Origin: an uncultured Granulosicoccaceae bacterium
Lineage (GTDB): Bacteria; Pseudomonadota; Gammaproteobacteria; Granulosicoccales; Granulosicoccaceae
DNA: 64,000 nt
Reading direction: 5' to 3'
Assembly: GCA_938005265.1 (NCBI GenBank)
Contig: CALLOA010000052.1
Coordinates: 1,408-65,407 of the forward strand
Made by a program: the position numbers and the translations under genes. Shown here one piece after another: positions 1-9,248 of this stretch (within the stretch, counting starts at the first letter, position 1; every line of letters begins with the position of its first letter). The notes under the pieces were generated by a model. That model was given only the letters and a program-made list of their open reading frames with translations. It did not search any database and was not told the origin of the DNA.

Positions 1-50
1 AGCGTGTGTTTGGTGAAGAGCTTGGCCAGAATGAAGCGGTCTACGGTTGA
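1..50 (+). CDS. 3-prime terminal fragment of a CobS-like AAA+ ATPase gene (runs off left edge)
   Basis: Frame 3 reads ...RVFGEELGQNEAVYG* with the stop at 48-50. It resembles the C-terminal ...QRAFNRELDES... segment of the CobS-like protein at 47220-48281. It lies 72 nt upstream of a CobT-like gene, mirroring that second pair. Only 15 codons are visible. Confidence 0.35.
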   Translation, partial: RVFGEELGQNEAVYG

Positions 51-122
51 TTCGGCCAATTCTATGGTTGCGACGTTGCTCGGGCTCCAGCCGCTTTGTA
101 ACAGGCAGGATGGCTGACTGCT

Positions 123-2054
123 GTGGCTGATAAGACGCAACCCCAATCAGGAGCCACTTCCACTGATGCGGCTGAGCCTGTCACGAAGCCCGTGCCTGAG
201 CCAGAAAGAGCGAGTGGTGAAACATTCAAACGCTCCATCTCCGTTTGTGCCCGTGCTATGGGCGAAGACAATGCGCTCAATGTTGAATTTGTCGAGGGTG
301 ACTTCAACTTTGACGCCAAAAGCAGCAAGTTAGCTAATGTACCTGATACACCGACGCCTGCCGATATAGCGGTCACCCGCGGCCACAGTGATTCAGTCGC
401 CCTGTTTCATCACCTTCATGATTCCGGCATACATAAAAAACATCAGCCAAAATCTTTTGCAGCGCAGAATATATTCGCCATGGCTGAGCAATTGCGATGT
501 GAAGCCCATGGGTCGCAAAATTTGCCCGGCGTGCAGAAAAATCTCGATGCCAGCATGCAAAAACACTACTCGCATGTGCTGGCCAATAAGGGTGCGTCGC
601 GTGACACGATGCCGATGGAAGAAGCTATTGCGCTAAAACTGCGTGAGAAAATCATGCAAAGGCCGTTACCTCCGGCTGCACAGAAAATTCTGGAGCCCTG
701 GAGTGACTGGCTGGACGAAATGGTCGCACCGCAAATGCGTGATGATCAGTATGTTCTGGATGACCAGGCTGACTTTGCCAAGGGAATCCATAAACTCTTG
801 CAACGCATTCGCATCGAAGATGCGGAAGTTGACCCTGACTACACGGACGAGGATCAGGAGCAGGAGGAGGAAGACGCCGAGGAGCCCGAAAGCGCTGGCA
901 ATGATGATTCGGAAACTGAAGAGGGGAGTCAGGAGCAGCAGGAAACCGCGGACGAACGAAATACGGCCGAGGAAGCAGACACTGAAGATACGGCTGATGA
1001 GTCAATGGACACACAGTCCGAGGAACCGGGCAGTACCTGGCGGCCCTTGCCAGGATCGCAGCAAGCCAGTGATTTGCAGGAATATCAGGTATTCACCCGT
1101 GAGTTCGATGAGGTTGTCAAACCTCAAGATCTTTGCAGTGCTGAAGAGCTTGGTTTGTTGCGCGGCACGCTAGATACTCATGTGGGTGATTTGCAAAAAT
1201 CGGTGGGGCGTTTTGCCAATCGCTTGCAGCGAAGTTTGTTGGCGCAACAAAATCGATCCTGGGATTTTGATCTGGAAGAAGGGCAGCTGGATTCTGCACG
1301 CCTGACCCGCGTACTGACTGACCCGATGCAGCCGCTCAGTTTCAAACAGGAGCAGGACACGGAATTTCGCGACACCGTTGTAACCCTGGTGCTCGACAAT
1401 TCAGGTTCGATGCATGGACGTTCCATCCGGGTTGCTGCTGTTTGTGCTGACATACTGTCTTCAACACTTGAACGCTGTGGTGTCCGCGTCGAGATTCTGG
1501 GTTTTACCACCTGTGCCTGGAAGGGCGGACAATCGCGAGAGCAGTGGGTCAAGGCAGGTTACCCGGCCAACCCCGGGCGCCTGAATGATTTGCGCCACAT
1601 TATCTACAAATCGGCCGATATGCCGTGGCGTCGGGCAAGGCGAAATCTTGGCCTGATGATGCGTAAAGGCCTGCTGAAAGAAAATATCGATGGAGAAGCC
1701 CTGTTGTGGGCGCATGGGCGTTTGCGAGCCCGGCCCGAGCAAAGAAAGATTCTGATGATGATCTCTGACGGTGCGCCGATTGACGACTCAACACTGTCTA
1801 CCAACCCGGGCCGCTTTCTTGAGCGCCATCTGCGTGCCGTCATCCACATGATTGAAAATCAGTCGCCGGTTGAAATGGTGGCTGTGGGGATCGGGCATGA
1901 TGTCGGCCAATATTACAATCGTGCTGCCACTATCGTTGATGTCAGCCAGCTTGCCAGTGCCATGACTGAACAGTTGGCTGATCTGTTCGCACAACCTGCG
2001 TCAAATCGTAAGAAATCTGGCCGAATCAGACACCCATCCCGTCGCGCTGGCTAG
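123..2054 (+). CDS. CobT-like vWA-domain protein (cobaltochelatase CobT family)
   Basis: 643-aa ORF with a GTG start (start uncertain). It has the N-terminal [22 protein letters not shown] segment, a long acidic tract ([16 protein letters not shown]...TEDTADES), and a C-terminal vWA domain with MIDAS DNSGSM and ISDGAP. It is a clear paralogue of 48294-50051. Confidence 0.75.
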   Translation: MADKTQPQSGATSTDAAEPVTKPVPEPERASGETFKRSISVCARAMGEDNALNVEFVEGDFNFDAKSSKLANVPDTPTPADIAVTRGHSDSVALFHHLHDSGIHKKHQPKSFAAQNIFAMAEQLRCEAHGSQNLPGVQKNLDASMQKHYSHVLANKGASRDTMPMEEAIALKLREKIMQRPLPPAAQKILEPWSDWLDEMVAPQMRDDQYVLDDQADFAKGIHKLLQRIRIEDAEVDPDYTDEDQEQEEEDAEEPESAGNDDSETEEGSQEQQETADERNTAEEADTEDTADESMDTQSEEPGSTWRPLPGSQQASDLQEYQVFTREFDEVVKPQDLCSAEELGLLRGTLDTHVGDLQKSVGRFANRLQRSLLAQQNRSWDFDLEEGQLDSARLTRVLTDPMQPLSFKQEQDTEFRDTVVTLVLDNSGSMHGRSIRVAAVCADILSSTLERCGVRVEILGFTTCAWKGGQSREQWVKAGYPANPGRLNDLRHIIYKSADMPWRRARRNLGLMMRKGLLKENIDGEALLWAHGRLRARPEQRKILMMISDGAPIDDSTLSTNPGRFLERHLRAVIHMIENQSPVEMVAVGIGHDVGQYYNRAATIVDVSQLASAMTEQLADLFAQPASNRKKSGRIRHPSRRAG

Positions 2055-2141
2055 TTCGACTCCGCTACTATTTCACATACTTCGCTGCTCAAGCGGTGGA
2101 TTTTTGGCAGCTCAGGTCAAAGCCTTCACTTGAGTCAGTAT

Positions 2142-2157
2142 TTGACCAATTGGACAA
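2142..2157. promoter_or_regulatory. RutR-box-like operator upstream of preT
   Basis: TTGACCAATTGGACAA matches the E. coli RutR consensus TTGACCAnnTGGTCAA at 15 of 16 specified/any positions (one mismatch in the right half). It lies 43 nt upstream of the preT ATG. Confidence 0.6.
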
Positions 2158-2199
2158 ATGTTGCTTTAATCAAGATTGCTAGTCCGCCGGGATACACTT

Positions 2200-3504
2200 A
2201 TGCAACTAGAAAAGCTGGTTACCGATCTGCATCCGCCACTGACAAGTCATGAGGCAAGTGTTGAGTCAGACCGGTGCTATTTTTGTCATGACGCACCCTG
2301 TATTACTGCCTGTCCTACCGGTATCGATATACCCATGTTTATCCGTCAGATAAACACCGGGAACCCAAAAGGTGCTGCCAAAACCATTTTTACCCAGAAT
2401 ATTTTCGGAGGGATGTGCGCGCGTGATTGTCCGACTGAAACTCTTTGTGAGCAGGCTTGCGTGCGCAATACGGCAGAAGAACAACCTGTGCGAATCGGGG
2501 AGTTGCAACGCCATGCCACCGACAGTCTGATGCAATCCGGTGAGCAGCCGTTCAAGAGAGCGGCAGACAGCGGTAAGCGTGTTGCGGTGATCGGTGCGGG
2601 TCCGGCCGGCATATCCTGCGCACACCGTTTATCAACCTATGGTCACGAAGTTGTGGTGTTCGATTCGCGCAGCAAAGCTGGTGGTTTGAACGAATATGGT
2701 ATTGCAGCCTATAAAACAGTTGACAACTTTGCCCAGCAGGAAGTGGACTATATTTGTTCGATAGGTGGTATCAGCTTTGAATTCGGCAAGAAGCTCGGTG
2801 ATTCACTGAAGCTTGCGAATCTGGTGCAGGAGTACGATGCCGTTTTTATCGGTTTCGGGCTTGCGAGTGTTAACGAACTGTCTGTACCGGGCGCTGACAC
2901 GGAAGGGGTTGTTGATGCGGTTTCGTTTATTTCGGAACTTCGTCAGGCGGACGACTACGAATCGTTTGGTCAATCGATCGGAAACCCACAGGATGTAGTC
3001 GTGATTGGTGGAGGTATGACCGCCATAGATGCAGCCATGCAGTCTCGATTACTGGGTGCTGCCAATGTCACTATTGCCTACCGTCGTGGCTATGAACATA
3101 TGAATGCCAGTGAAGTGGAGCAACATCTGGCGCAAACTCATGGCATCAGTATAAAACCCTGGCTGCAACCAAAAGCGATTCATAGCAACAACGGCAGAAT
3201 CTCTGAAATTGAATTTGCCAGTGTTAAGCTCGACAACGGTGAGCTCGTTGAGACTGGTGATAGTCGGCGGATTCCGGCTGACCGTGTTTATAAGGCGATT
3301 GGTCAATCGTTGTCACCTGATGCCTTGAGCATTGCCGGCCTTGAATTGAAGGGTGGTCGTATTCAGGTCAATGATGAGAGGCAAACCGGCCATGCGTCAA
3401 TCTGGGCTGGTGGAGACTGCATCGGAAACAGTGAAGATCTGACTGTAGCTGCGGTGCAGGATGGCAAATTAGCGGCTGAGTCCATTCACCAAAGCTTAAG
3501 CTGA
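2200..3504 (+). CDS. preT: NAD-dependent dihydropyrimidine dehydrogenase subunit PreT (glutamate-synthase small-subunit-like)
   Basis: 434 aa from the first ATG (the ORF opens at TTG 2176). It has an N-terminal Fe-S Cys cluster RCYFCHDAPCITACPTGIDIP and two Rossmann motifs, VAVIGAGPAGISCA and VVVIGGGMTAIDAA. A PreA-like gene follows directly. Confidence 0.85.
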   Translation: MQLEKLVTDLHPPLTSHEASVESDRCYFCHDAPCITACPTGIDIPMFIRQINTGNPKGAAKTIFTQNIFGGMCARDCPTETLCEQACVRNTAEEQPVRIGELQRHATDSLMQSGEQPFKRAADSGKRVAVIGAGPAGISCAHRLSTYGHEVVVFDSRSKAGGLNEYGIAAYKTVDNFAQQEVDYICSIGGISFEFGKKLGDSLKLANLVQEYDAVFIGFGLASVNELSVPGADTEGVVDAVSFISELRQADDYESFGQSIGNPQDVVVIGGGMTAIDAAMQSRLLGAANVTIAYRRGYEHMNASEVEQHLAQTHGISIKPWLQPKAIHSNNGRISEIEFASVKLDNGELVETGDSRRIPADRVYKAIGQSLSPDALSIAGLELKGGRIQVNDERQTGHASIWAGGDCIGNSEDLTVAAVQDGKLAAESIHQSLS

Positions 3505-3548
3505 ACCCCTTATTGCAATTTGAATTAATCAGTTCAGAGGAAAGTCAT

Positions 3549-4853
3549 ATGGCTACGCTTGAATCGGAATTTGCCGGGATAAAATCACCGAATCCCTTCT
3601 GGCTGGCGTCAGCCCCTCCCACAGACAAGGAATACAACGTCAACCGCGCATTCGAAGCCGGTTGGGGAGGCGTGGTCTGGAAAACTCTTGGCGAAGATCC
3701 TCACATTGTTAATGTCAATGGCCCGCGCTACGGAGCAGTCTGGTCTTCTGATCGCAAACTGATTGGTCTGAACAATATCGAGCTAATAACTGATCGTCCT
3801 CTGCAAACCAATCTTCAGGAAATTGTGCGAGTCAAGAAGAACTGGCCTGACCGGGCGTTGGTGGTTTCCTTGATGGTCCCTTGCGAAGAAAAAATCTGGA
3901 AGGACATACTTGCACAGGTTGAAGACACGGGTGCCGATGGTGTGGAGCTTAATTTCGGTTGCCCGCACGGCATGTCCGAGCGAGGCATGGGGGCCGCTGT
4001 CGGCCAGGTACCTGATTACATCACGATGGTCACAGAGTGGTGCAAGCAGAACAGCAAATTACCGGTCATCGTCAAACTCACTCCCAACATTACTGACATC
4101 CGTTATCCGGCCCGTGCGGCTTCGGTCGGTGGTGCCGATGCCGTGTCATTGATCAATACGGTCAGTTCAATCGTCAGCGTCAATCTTGACACCATGTCTC
4201 CTGAGCCCTCGATTGATGGCTGGGGTTCTCATGGCGGTTACTGCGGTCCGGCTGTAAAACCCATAGCACTGAACATGGTGTCCCAAATCGCTCGCGACCC
4301 GGAAACTGATAATCTACCAATTTCCGGAATAGGGGGCATCACCAACTGGCGTGATGCTGCAGAATTCATCGCGCTCGGAGCTGGCAATGTGCAAGTCTGC
4401 ACAGCCGCCATGACCTATGGTTTTCGAATCGTTGAGGAAATGCAAACCGGCTTACTGAACTGGATGGAGGAAAAAGGCTACAGCTCGATTGCTGATTTTG
4501 TTGGAAGTGCAACACCCAATGTCAAAGACTGGCAAGATCTGAATCTTAACTATGTGGCTAAAGCCAAAATAAATCAGGACCTTTGCATCAAATGTGGTCG
4601 TTGCCATATAGCCTGTGAAGATACCTCCCACCAGGCCATTACGCAAACAGTCAATGGTGAGAGACATTATGAAGTGATTGACAAGGAGTGTGTGGGTTGT
4701 AATTTATGCGTTAGTGTTTGCCCGGTGGAGAGTTGCATAACTATGGATCAACAGGTATCGGGTACGGATGAAAGAACCGGGCAGCCGATCTCGTCGGAAT
4801 ATGCAAACTGGACCACGCACGCCAACAACCCGGCTTCAAATTCCTCTGGTTGA
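3549..4853 (+). CDS. preA: NAD-dependent dihydropyrimidine dehydrogenase subunit PreA (DHODH-like barrel plus 2x[4Fe-4S])
   Basis: 434 aa from ATG 3549, with a GAGGAA Shine-Dalgarno at 3537-3542. It has the GADGVELNFGCPHG barrel motif and C-terminal ferredoxin motifs CIKCGRCHIACED and CVGCNLCVSVCPV. Confidence 0.85.
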   Translation: MATLESEFAGIKSPNPFWLASAPPTDKEYNVNRAFEAGWGGVVWKTLGEDPHIVNVNGPRYGAVWSSDRKLIGLNNIELITDRPLQTNLQEIVRVKKNWPDRALVVSLMVPCEEKIWKDILAQVEDTGADGVELNFGCPHGMSERGMGAAVGQVPDYITMVTEWCKQNSKLPVIVKLTPNITDIRYPARAASVGGADAVSLINTVSSIVSVNLDTMSPEPSIDGWGSHGGYCGPAVKPIALNMVSQIARDPETDNLPISGIGGITNWRDAAEFIALGAGNVQVCTAAMTYGFRIVEEMQTGLLNWMEEKGYSSIADFVGSATPNVKDWQDLNLNYVAKAKINQDLCIKCGRCHIACEDTSHQAITQTVNGERHYEVIDKECVGCNLCVSVCPVESCITMDQQVSGTDERTGQPISSEYANWTTHANNPASNSSG

Positions 4854-4868
4854 CAGCAATTGATATGA

Positions 4869-6011
4869 TTACTGTAGCTTCTCTTTAGTCGCTTCTTTGC
4901 CTGATGCCTGCCTGCTGTCGCGTAGAAATTTAAGCCAAAGTATTAACAAGCCGAGCAGTGCGCCAAGCAACGTGCCTAAAGAATTAAACATCCAGTCAAA
5001 TATTGTTGAATGGCGTGAGGGCAGAATACCTTGCGTGATTTCAATTATCAGGCTTAAAGAGCTACCCGCCAGACAGGAGATTGTAAAAGACACGATTGCG
5101 CTTGCATGTTTGGATAGCAAAAGTAAGCCAAGAAGGCCAAACGGTATGAAGCCCGCGATATTTAACGGTATATCTACTAAAGATCCCCGACCTGTCTCGA
5201 AGTAGTTTGTCGAATAGTTCAAGAACTGTGTTCCGCGAACTTGGAAATTTGCAAGCAGAGCAATATCCGCATTGTCCAGCTGAGTTTCAGTTTTAGCTGG
5301 TAGTTTTGTGAAGTCATACTTCACAACACTTTCGTTTTTTTCAACCCCCGTTTCCAATAGCTCAAACCGGGCAAGGCTGCCAAGCCATGCCTGATTGCGG
5401 GCCGCAGTATTAGTCAGCGTTACAAACGCTTTCTTGGAGCTTGATTGCTGGCTTTTACTTGCTGAATCGTCGTGGTCGATGCCGCCGGGTAAAACTCCTC
5501 GAAATGCTGGATTACTTGAAATCGGTTTGTCTTTGAAAAACGCAGTCCCGGCATTGACCGAAAATTGTAACTTCAACTTAATAGTGCCTTGGTCGGAATT
5601 GTTGTTTCGAATATCAGAGAGATTCACTTGTAACCTTGGTTTGCGACTTTTGTTCTGGTAATCGTCGCCTGTCATTATTATCAGCGTGTCACGCCATTGC
5701 CCGATCAGGAATTGATCGCTGGCATTCCCCGTAGTAATCGTCGCGATAGCCATAAAATAGTTTGGCCATTCCTCTGGCGGAATGAAGGCCATCTCGATGC
5801 CAAACCCCTTGTTATTCAGTCTTGATATCAGATCGGCTGGCAGAAATACATCCGTGGCAGCCAGTGCATATTTTGCACCAGTAAGGCCTGATTCAGAATC
5901 AGTGGTGACAGAGCCTGTAATCTTGAAATCCTTAGGGTGCAAGCCGGCTACAAGAATCAAAACCACTGTCAGGATGGCAAAAACCTTTATTTGGGTTCTG
6001 CCGATGTTCAA
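4869..6011 (-). CDS. VanZ-like family membrane protein with large extracytoplasmic N-terminal region
   Basis: 380 aa with a TTG start preceded by AAGGA. It has an N-terminal signal anchor (IKVFAILTVVLILVAGL) and about 250 aa of non-membrane region. The C-terminal multi-TM block NIAGFIPFGLLGLLLL...ITQGILPSRHSTIFDWMFNSLGTLLG is typical of VanZ-like proteins. Confidence 0.6.
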   Translation of the reverse strand: MNIGRTQIKVFAILTVVLILVAGLHPKDFKITGSVTTDSESGLTGAKYALAATDVFLPADLISRLNNKGFGIEMAFIPPEEWPNYFMAIATITTGNASDQFLIGQWRDTLIIMTGDDYQNKSRKPRLQVNLSDIRNNNSDQGTIKLKLQFSVNAGTAFFKDKPISSNPAFRGVLPGGIDHDDSASKSQQSSSKKAFVTLTNTAARNQAWLGSLARFELLETGVEKNESVVKYDFTKLPAKTETQLDNADIALLANFQVRGTQFLNYSTNYFETGRGSLVDIPLNIAGFIPFGLLGLLLLSKHASAIVSFTISCLAGSSLSLIIEITQGILPSRHSTIFDWMFNSLGTLLGALLGLLILWLKFLRDSRQASGKEATKEKLQ

Positions 6012-6072
6012 TGTACGTCCTTCATGCGTGCTTTAAGGTGGGGTTTCGCAAGTATCAGTTTAACGGCTTGGC

Positions 6073-6612
6073 CTAAAGTTTATCTTTTATAGCGCTGCAA
6101 CAAATGCCGGCTTTTTCTAATGCTGATTGCCATAGCTCGAGCTTTTGTTCGAAATTCAACGCAGCCATGGCTGGACTGCTGGACGGCAGGCTGGTCATCG
6201 CAGGTATTGTGTCCAGGCTTGTTTCCAGCTTCTTTAACGCGTGTTTGCGGAAAAGACGTTCCGCAGTTTTGCCATTAAAAAGTAGCGTTGTTACGTTACC
6301 GTGGTGATTCAGAAATTCAGAAAAATCATTGCACTCAACGCTTGCTTCGACAATGTTCGAATCGAGGCTGCCCGGGCGTTCGCAATGCTTTAGAACGTCC
6401 CATAGTGCGATACCATTCTTGTTCAGAGTACTCAGGCAAGTATGATAGCTACTGTGATCGAATCCCAGACACCGGCCCATCAGTCTCCAGAAAACGTTTC
6501 GTGGATGTGCGTAGTAGCGTTGTTCATCCAGGGACGCGATGCCGGGCATTGAACCCAGGATCAGAACCGTTGCCTGGCTGCTTGAAACAGGTGGAAAAGC
6601 GCTGAGTTTCAC
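6073..6612 (-). CDS. Uracil-DNA glycosylase superfamily protein (family-6 / DNA-deoxyinosine glycosylase type)
   Basis: 179 aa with a GTG start. VLILGSMPGIASLDEQRYYAHPRNVFWRLMG and the later GIALWDV segment match the UDG-fold family-6 pattern. Confidence 0.6.
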   Translation of the reverse strand: MKLSAFPPVSSSQATVLILGSMPGIASLDEQRYYAHPRNVFWRLMGRCLGFDHSSYHTCLSTLNKNGIALWDVLKHCERPGSLDSNIVEASVECNDFSEFLNHHGNVTTLLFNGKTAERLFRKHALKKLETSLDTIPAMTSLPSSSPAMAALNFEQKLELWQSALEKAGICCSAIKDKL

Positions 6613-6657
6613 AAGAGAAATTCCCGGGTAACAAACGATTGTCCGGAAGGCTCCATA

Positions 6658-7320
6658 CTAATGTTCAGGTGTTCTGAGCATGCCGCGCAATAACACTTTT
6701 TTCAGTGTTGTTTCAGCATCACTAAAGATTTGTTCTTCATTATCACGGGTTAATGCATTGATCTGGGTTGCGAAATCGGCATAGTGTTGTGTTGCTGCCC
6801 AAATCATGAATATCAGGTGCAAGGGCGGAGCATCGATCAGTTTGCCCTCATCAATCCATTGTTGTAGTACTTTGCAGTTTGCATCAACAACATCTTTAAG
6901 TTCGGACTCAAGAAACGGTTTTAACAAGGGTGCGCCTTGTAAGATTTCGCTGGCGAAAAGACGTGATGCTTCGGGCGCTGTGCGCGATAAGTGAATTTTC
7001 GTCTTTATGTATTTCCAGAGTTCCTGTTGTGGGTCACCTGCCGGATCCATCGATTGCAGTGGTTCCAGCCAGTTTTCCAGGGTTTTCTCAAGTACGGCCA
7101 GATAGATGTCGTTTTTGCGCCTGAAGTAATACAGAATGTTGGCCTTGGACATTCCCGAGCCCGTGGCAATCTGATCGACTGTGGTGCCGCGAAAGCCAAA
7201 ACGCGAGAACTCGGTTAATGCGGCAGCCAGAATGCGTTCCTGGTTTTGCATTTGAGTTCGCGTCAGTTTGCGATGGCTACCCAATTCGTCTTGAGTGTGT
7301 TGCTGATGCTGCGCTTTCAT
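6658..7320 (-). CDS. rutR: TetR-family transcriptional regulator, RutR-like
   Basis: 220 aa with an N-terminal TetR HTH (FSRFGFRGTTVDQIATGSGMSKANILYYFRRKNDIY). It is divergent from mmsA with a RutR box in the shared intergenic region, and a second box lies upstream of preT. Confidence 0.7.
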   Translation of the reverse strand: MKAQHQQHTQDELGSHRKLTRTQMQNQERILAAALTEFSRFGFRGTTVDQIATGSGMSKANILYYFRRKNDIYLAVLEKTLENWLEPLQSMDPAGDPQQELWKYIKTKIHLSRTAPEASRLFASEILQGAPLLKPFLESELKDVVDANCKVLQQWIDEGKLIDAPPLHLIFMIWAATQHYADFATQINALTRDNEEQIFSDAETTLKKVLLRGMLRTPEH

Positions 7321-7449
7321 GATTTAGCGAAACCGGGCCTATCCTGATTGCAGTTGGGTGGGAGCAGTGGTGGCGTCCAGACAAGCTGTGTTGCCCGTAA
7401 CCCGCATCCCGCGTTTGCAAGTATTGTAAGCTTGCTTGGGTTTGATTTC

Positions 7450-7465
7450 TTGACCAATTGGTTAA
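7450..7465. promoter_or_regulatory. RutR-box-like operator in the rutR-like/mmsA divergent region
   Basis: TTGACCAATTGGTTAA versus consensus TTGACCAnnTGGTCAA, with one mismatch. The left half and spacer are identical to the box at 2142-2157. Confidence 0.6.
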
Positions 7466-7655
7466 ATTACGATAGTTTCAAACTCGAAACTGCGATCAGA
7501 TACCTTTACTATCGGGGAGTGCCTGCTGCCATGACAGTGTGTTTATCTAGCTCAGCTGCTGCCAACGCTTGGTGCCGTGTGGTACGTGCAGTATTGCCGA
7601 AAATCATCCACAATTGCGCGATATTATCGATTCGCCCATCAGAGAGTTTCAATTC

Positions 7656-9143
7656 ATGATTAGTAACCTGGTTAACGGCCTTTCAGTCGCGTCGCAAAGC
7701 GGCAATTCACAGCCTGTATTCAATCCTGCTACTGGAGAACAGGTAGATGACCTGGCGCTTTCCAGTGTGGATGAGGTGAATCAGGCTATCGATGCTGCGG
7801 CTGCGGCAGCTCCTGCCTGGGCGGCCACTCCTCCCCTGAAAAGGGCAGGCATGATGTTCAAGTTTAACGAACTGCTGGGTAAGCGTGCTGATGACATAGC
7901 GCGTGCCATTTCAAGGGAGCATGGAAAAACCCATGATGATGCTCTGGGTGAAGTGCAGCGTGGCAAGGAGGTCGTTGAGTACGCCTGTGGGATCCCCAGT
8001 TTGCTCAAGGGCGAATTCTCAAGAAACGTCGGCCCTCAGATTGATTCGTTTTCGGATCGTCAACCACTGGGTGTCGTGGCTGGCATTACACCCTTCAATT
8101 TCCCGGCGATGGTGCCTCTGTGGATGTACCCGGTTGCGGTAGCCTGTGGAAACACTTTCATTCTGAAACCGTCGGAACGTGATCCCTCGGCGGTCAATCT
8201 CATTGCCGAGATTTTTCATGAAGCCGGCTTTCCACCCGGTGTACTGAATGTTGTACATGGCGATAAGACGGCGGTTGATACTATCCTTGATTCACCGATC
8301 ATCCAGGCAGTCAGCTTTGTTGGTTCTACACCCATTGCCGAGTACGTCTACCAGAGGGGTAGCGCGTCGGGTAAACGTGTTCAGGCTCTGGGTGGTGCAA
8401 AAAATCATATGGTGGTGTTGCCCGATGCCGATATGCAACAGGCTGCGGAAGCATTGATGGGGGCAGGTTATGGTTCAGCTGGTGAGCGTTGCATGGCGAT
8501 TTCGGTCGCAGTGCCGGTTGGTGAAAAAACAGCTGATCAATTGGTCGAAAAACTGGTGCCCATGGTCGAAGCGCTGAAAGTTGGTCCGGCAGATGATGCT
8601 GATGCCGAAATGGGGCCTGTCATTACCAGGGATGCCAAGGAGCGGATTTCAGGCCTCATAGATTCCGGTGTAAATCAGGGTGCTGAGTTATTGGTAGATG
8701 GCCGTAGTTTGAGTCTGCAGGGCTACGAGAATGGATATTTTCTGGGTGGTAGCCTGTTCGATAAGGTAACTACAGAAATGGATATCTACAAGCAGGAGAT
8801 TTTTGGCCCTGTGCTGTCTGTTGTCCGGGCCAATGATTATTCTGAAGCTGTTGATATGATAAACCGTCACGAGTACGGCAATGGCACTGCAATCTTTACA
8901 CGCGATGGGGATGCTGCCAGGGATTTCGCTGATCGAATCCAGATCGGAATGGTTGGGGTTAACGTGCCGATTCCAGTACCGGTCGCCTATCACAGTTTTG
9001 GTGGTTGGAAGCGCTCGCTTTTTGGTGATCACTCAATCTACGGGCCGGAGGGCGTTCACTTTTACACCCGTCTGAAGACAATTACTGCTCGCTGGCCCAG
9101 CGGTATCAAAGACGGCGCAGCCTACGCATTCCCGACGACCTGA
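7656..9143 (+). CDS. mmsA: CoA-acylating methylmalonate/malonate-semialdehyde dehydrogenase
   Basis: 495 aa from ATG 7656 (the ORF track start at 7569 is an upstream extension). ALDH motifs are VSFVGSTPIAEYV, catalytic GERCMA and EIFGPV. Confidence 0.85.
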   Translation: MISNLVNGLSVASQSGNSQPVFNPATGEQVDDLALSSVDEVNQAIDAAAAAAPAWAATPPLKRAGMMFKFNELLGKRADDIARAISREHGKTHDDALGEVQRGKEVVEYACGIPSLLKGEFSRNVGPQIDSFSDRQPLGVVAGITPFNFPAMVPLWMYPVAVACGNTFILKPSERDPSAVNLIAEIFHEAGFPPGVLNVVHGDKTAVDTILDSPIIQAVSFVGSTPIAEYVYQRGSASGKRVQALGGAKNHMVVLPDADMQQAAEALMGAGYGSAGERCMAISVAVPVGEKTADQLVEKLVPMVEALKVGPADDADAEMGPVITRDAKERISGLIDSGVNQGAELLVDGRSLSLQGYENGYFLGGSLFDKVTTEMDIYKQEIFGPVLSVVRANDYSEAVDMINRHEYGNGTAIFTRDGDAARDFADRIQIGMVGVNVPIPVPVAYHSFGGWKRSLFGDHSIYGPEGVHFYTRLKTITARWPSGIKDGAAYAFPTT

Positions 9144-9248
9144 GCCAGTTGACCCCGATCAAGCCCGGTTGCAAAAAGACTAACAGTGTTTGATAGCAGC
9201 CAGCCAGGTGATCGACAAGTCACATCACTGCCAAAAAAGGAGAGCCTG

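Noticed and set aside
7348-7659. 103-aa ORF across the rutR-like/mmsA intergenic region
   Set aside because: It spans the divergent promoter and the RutR box and runs into the mmsA start. It has no family resemblance. mmsA is better explained by ATG 7656.
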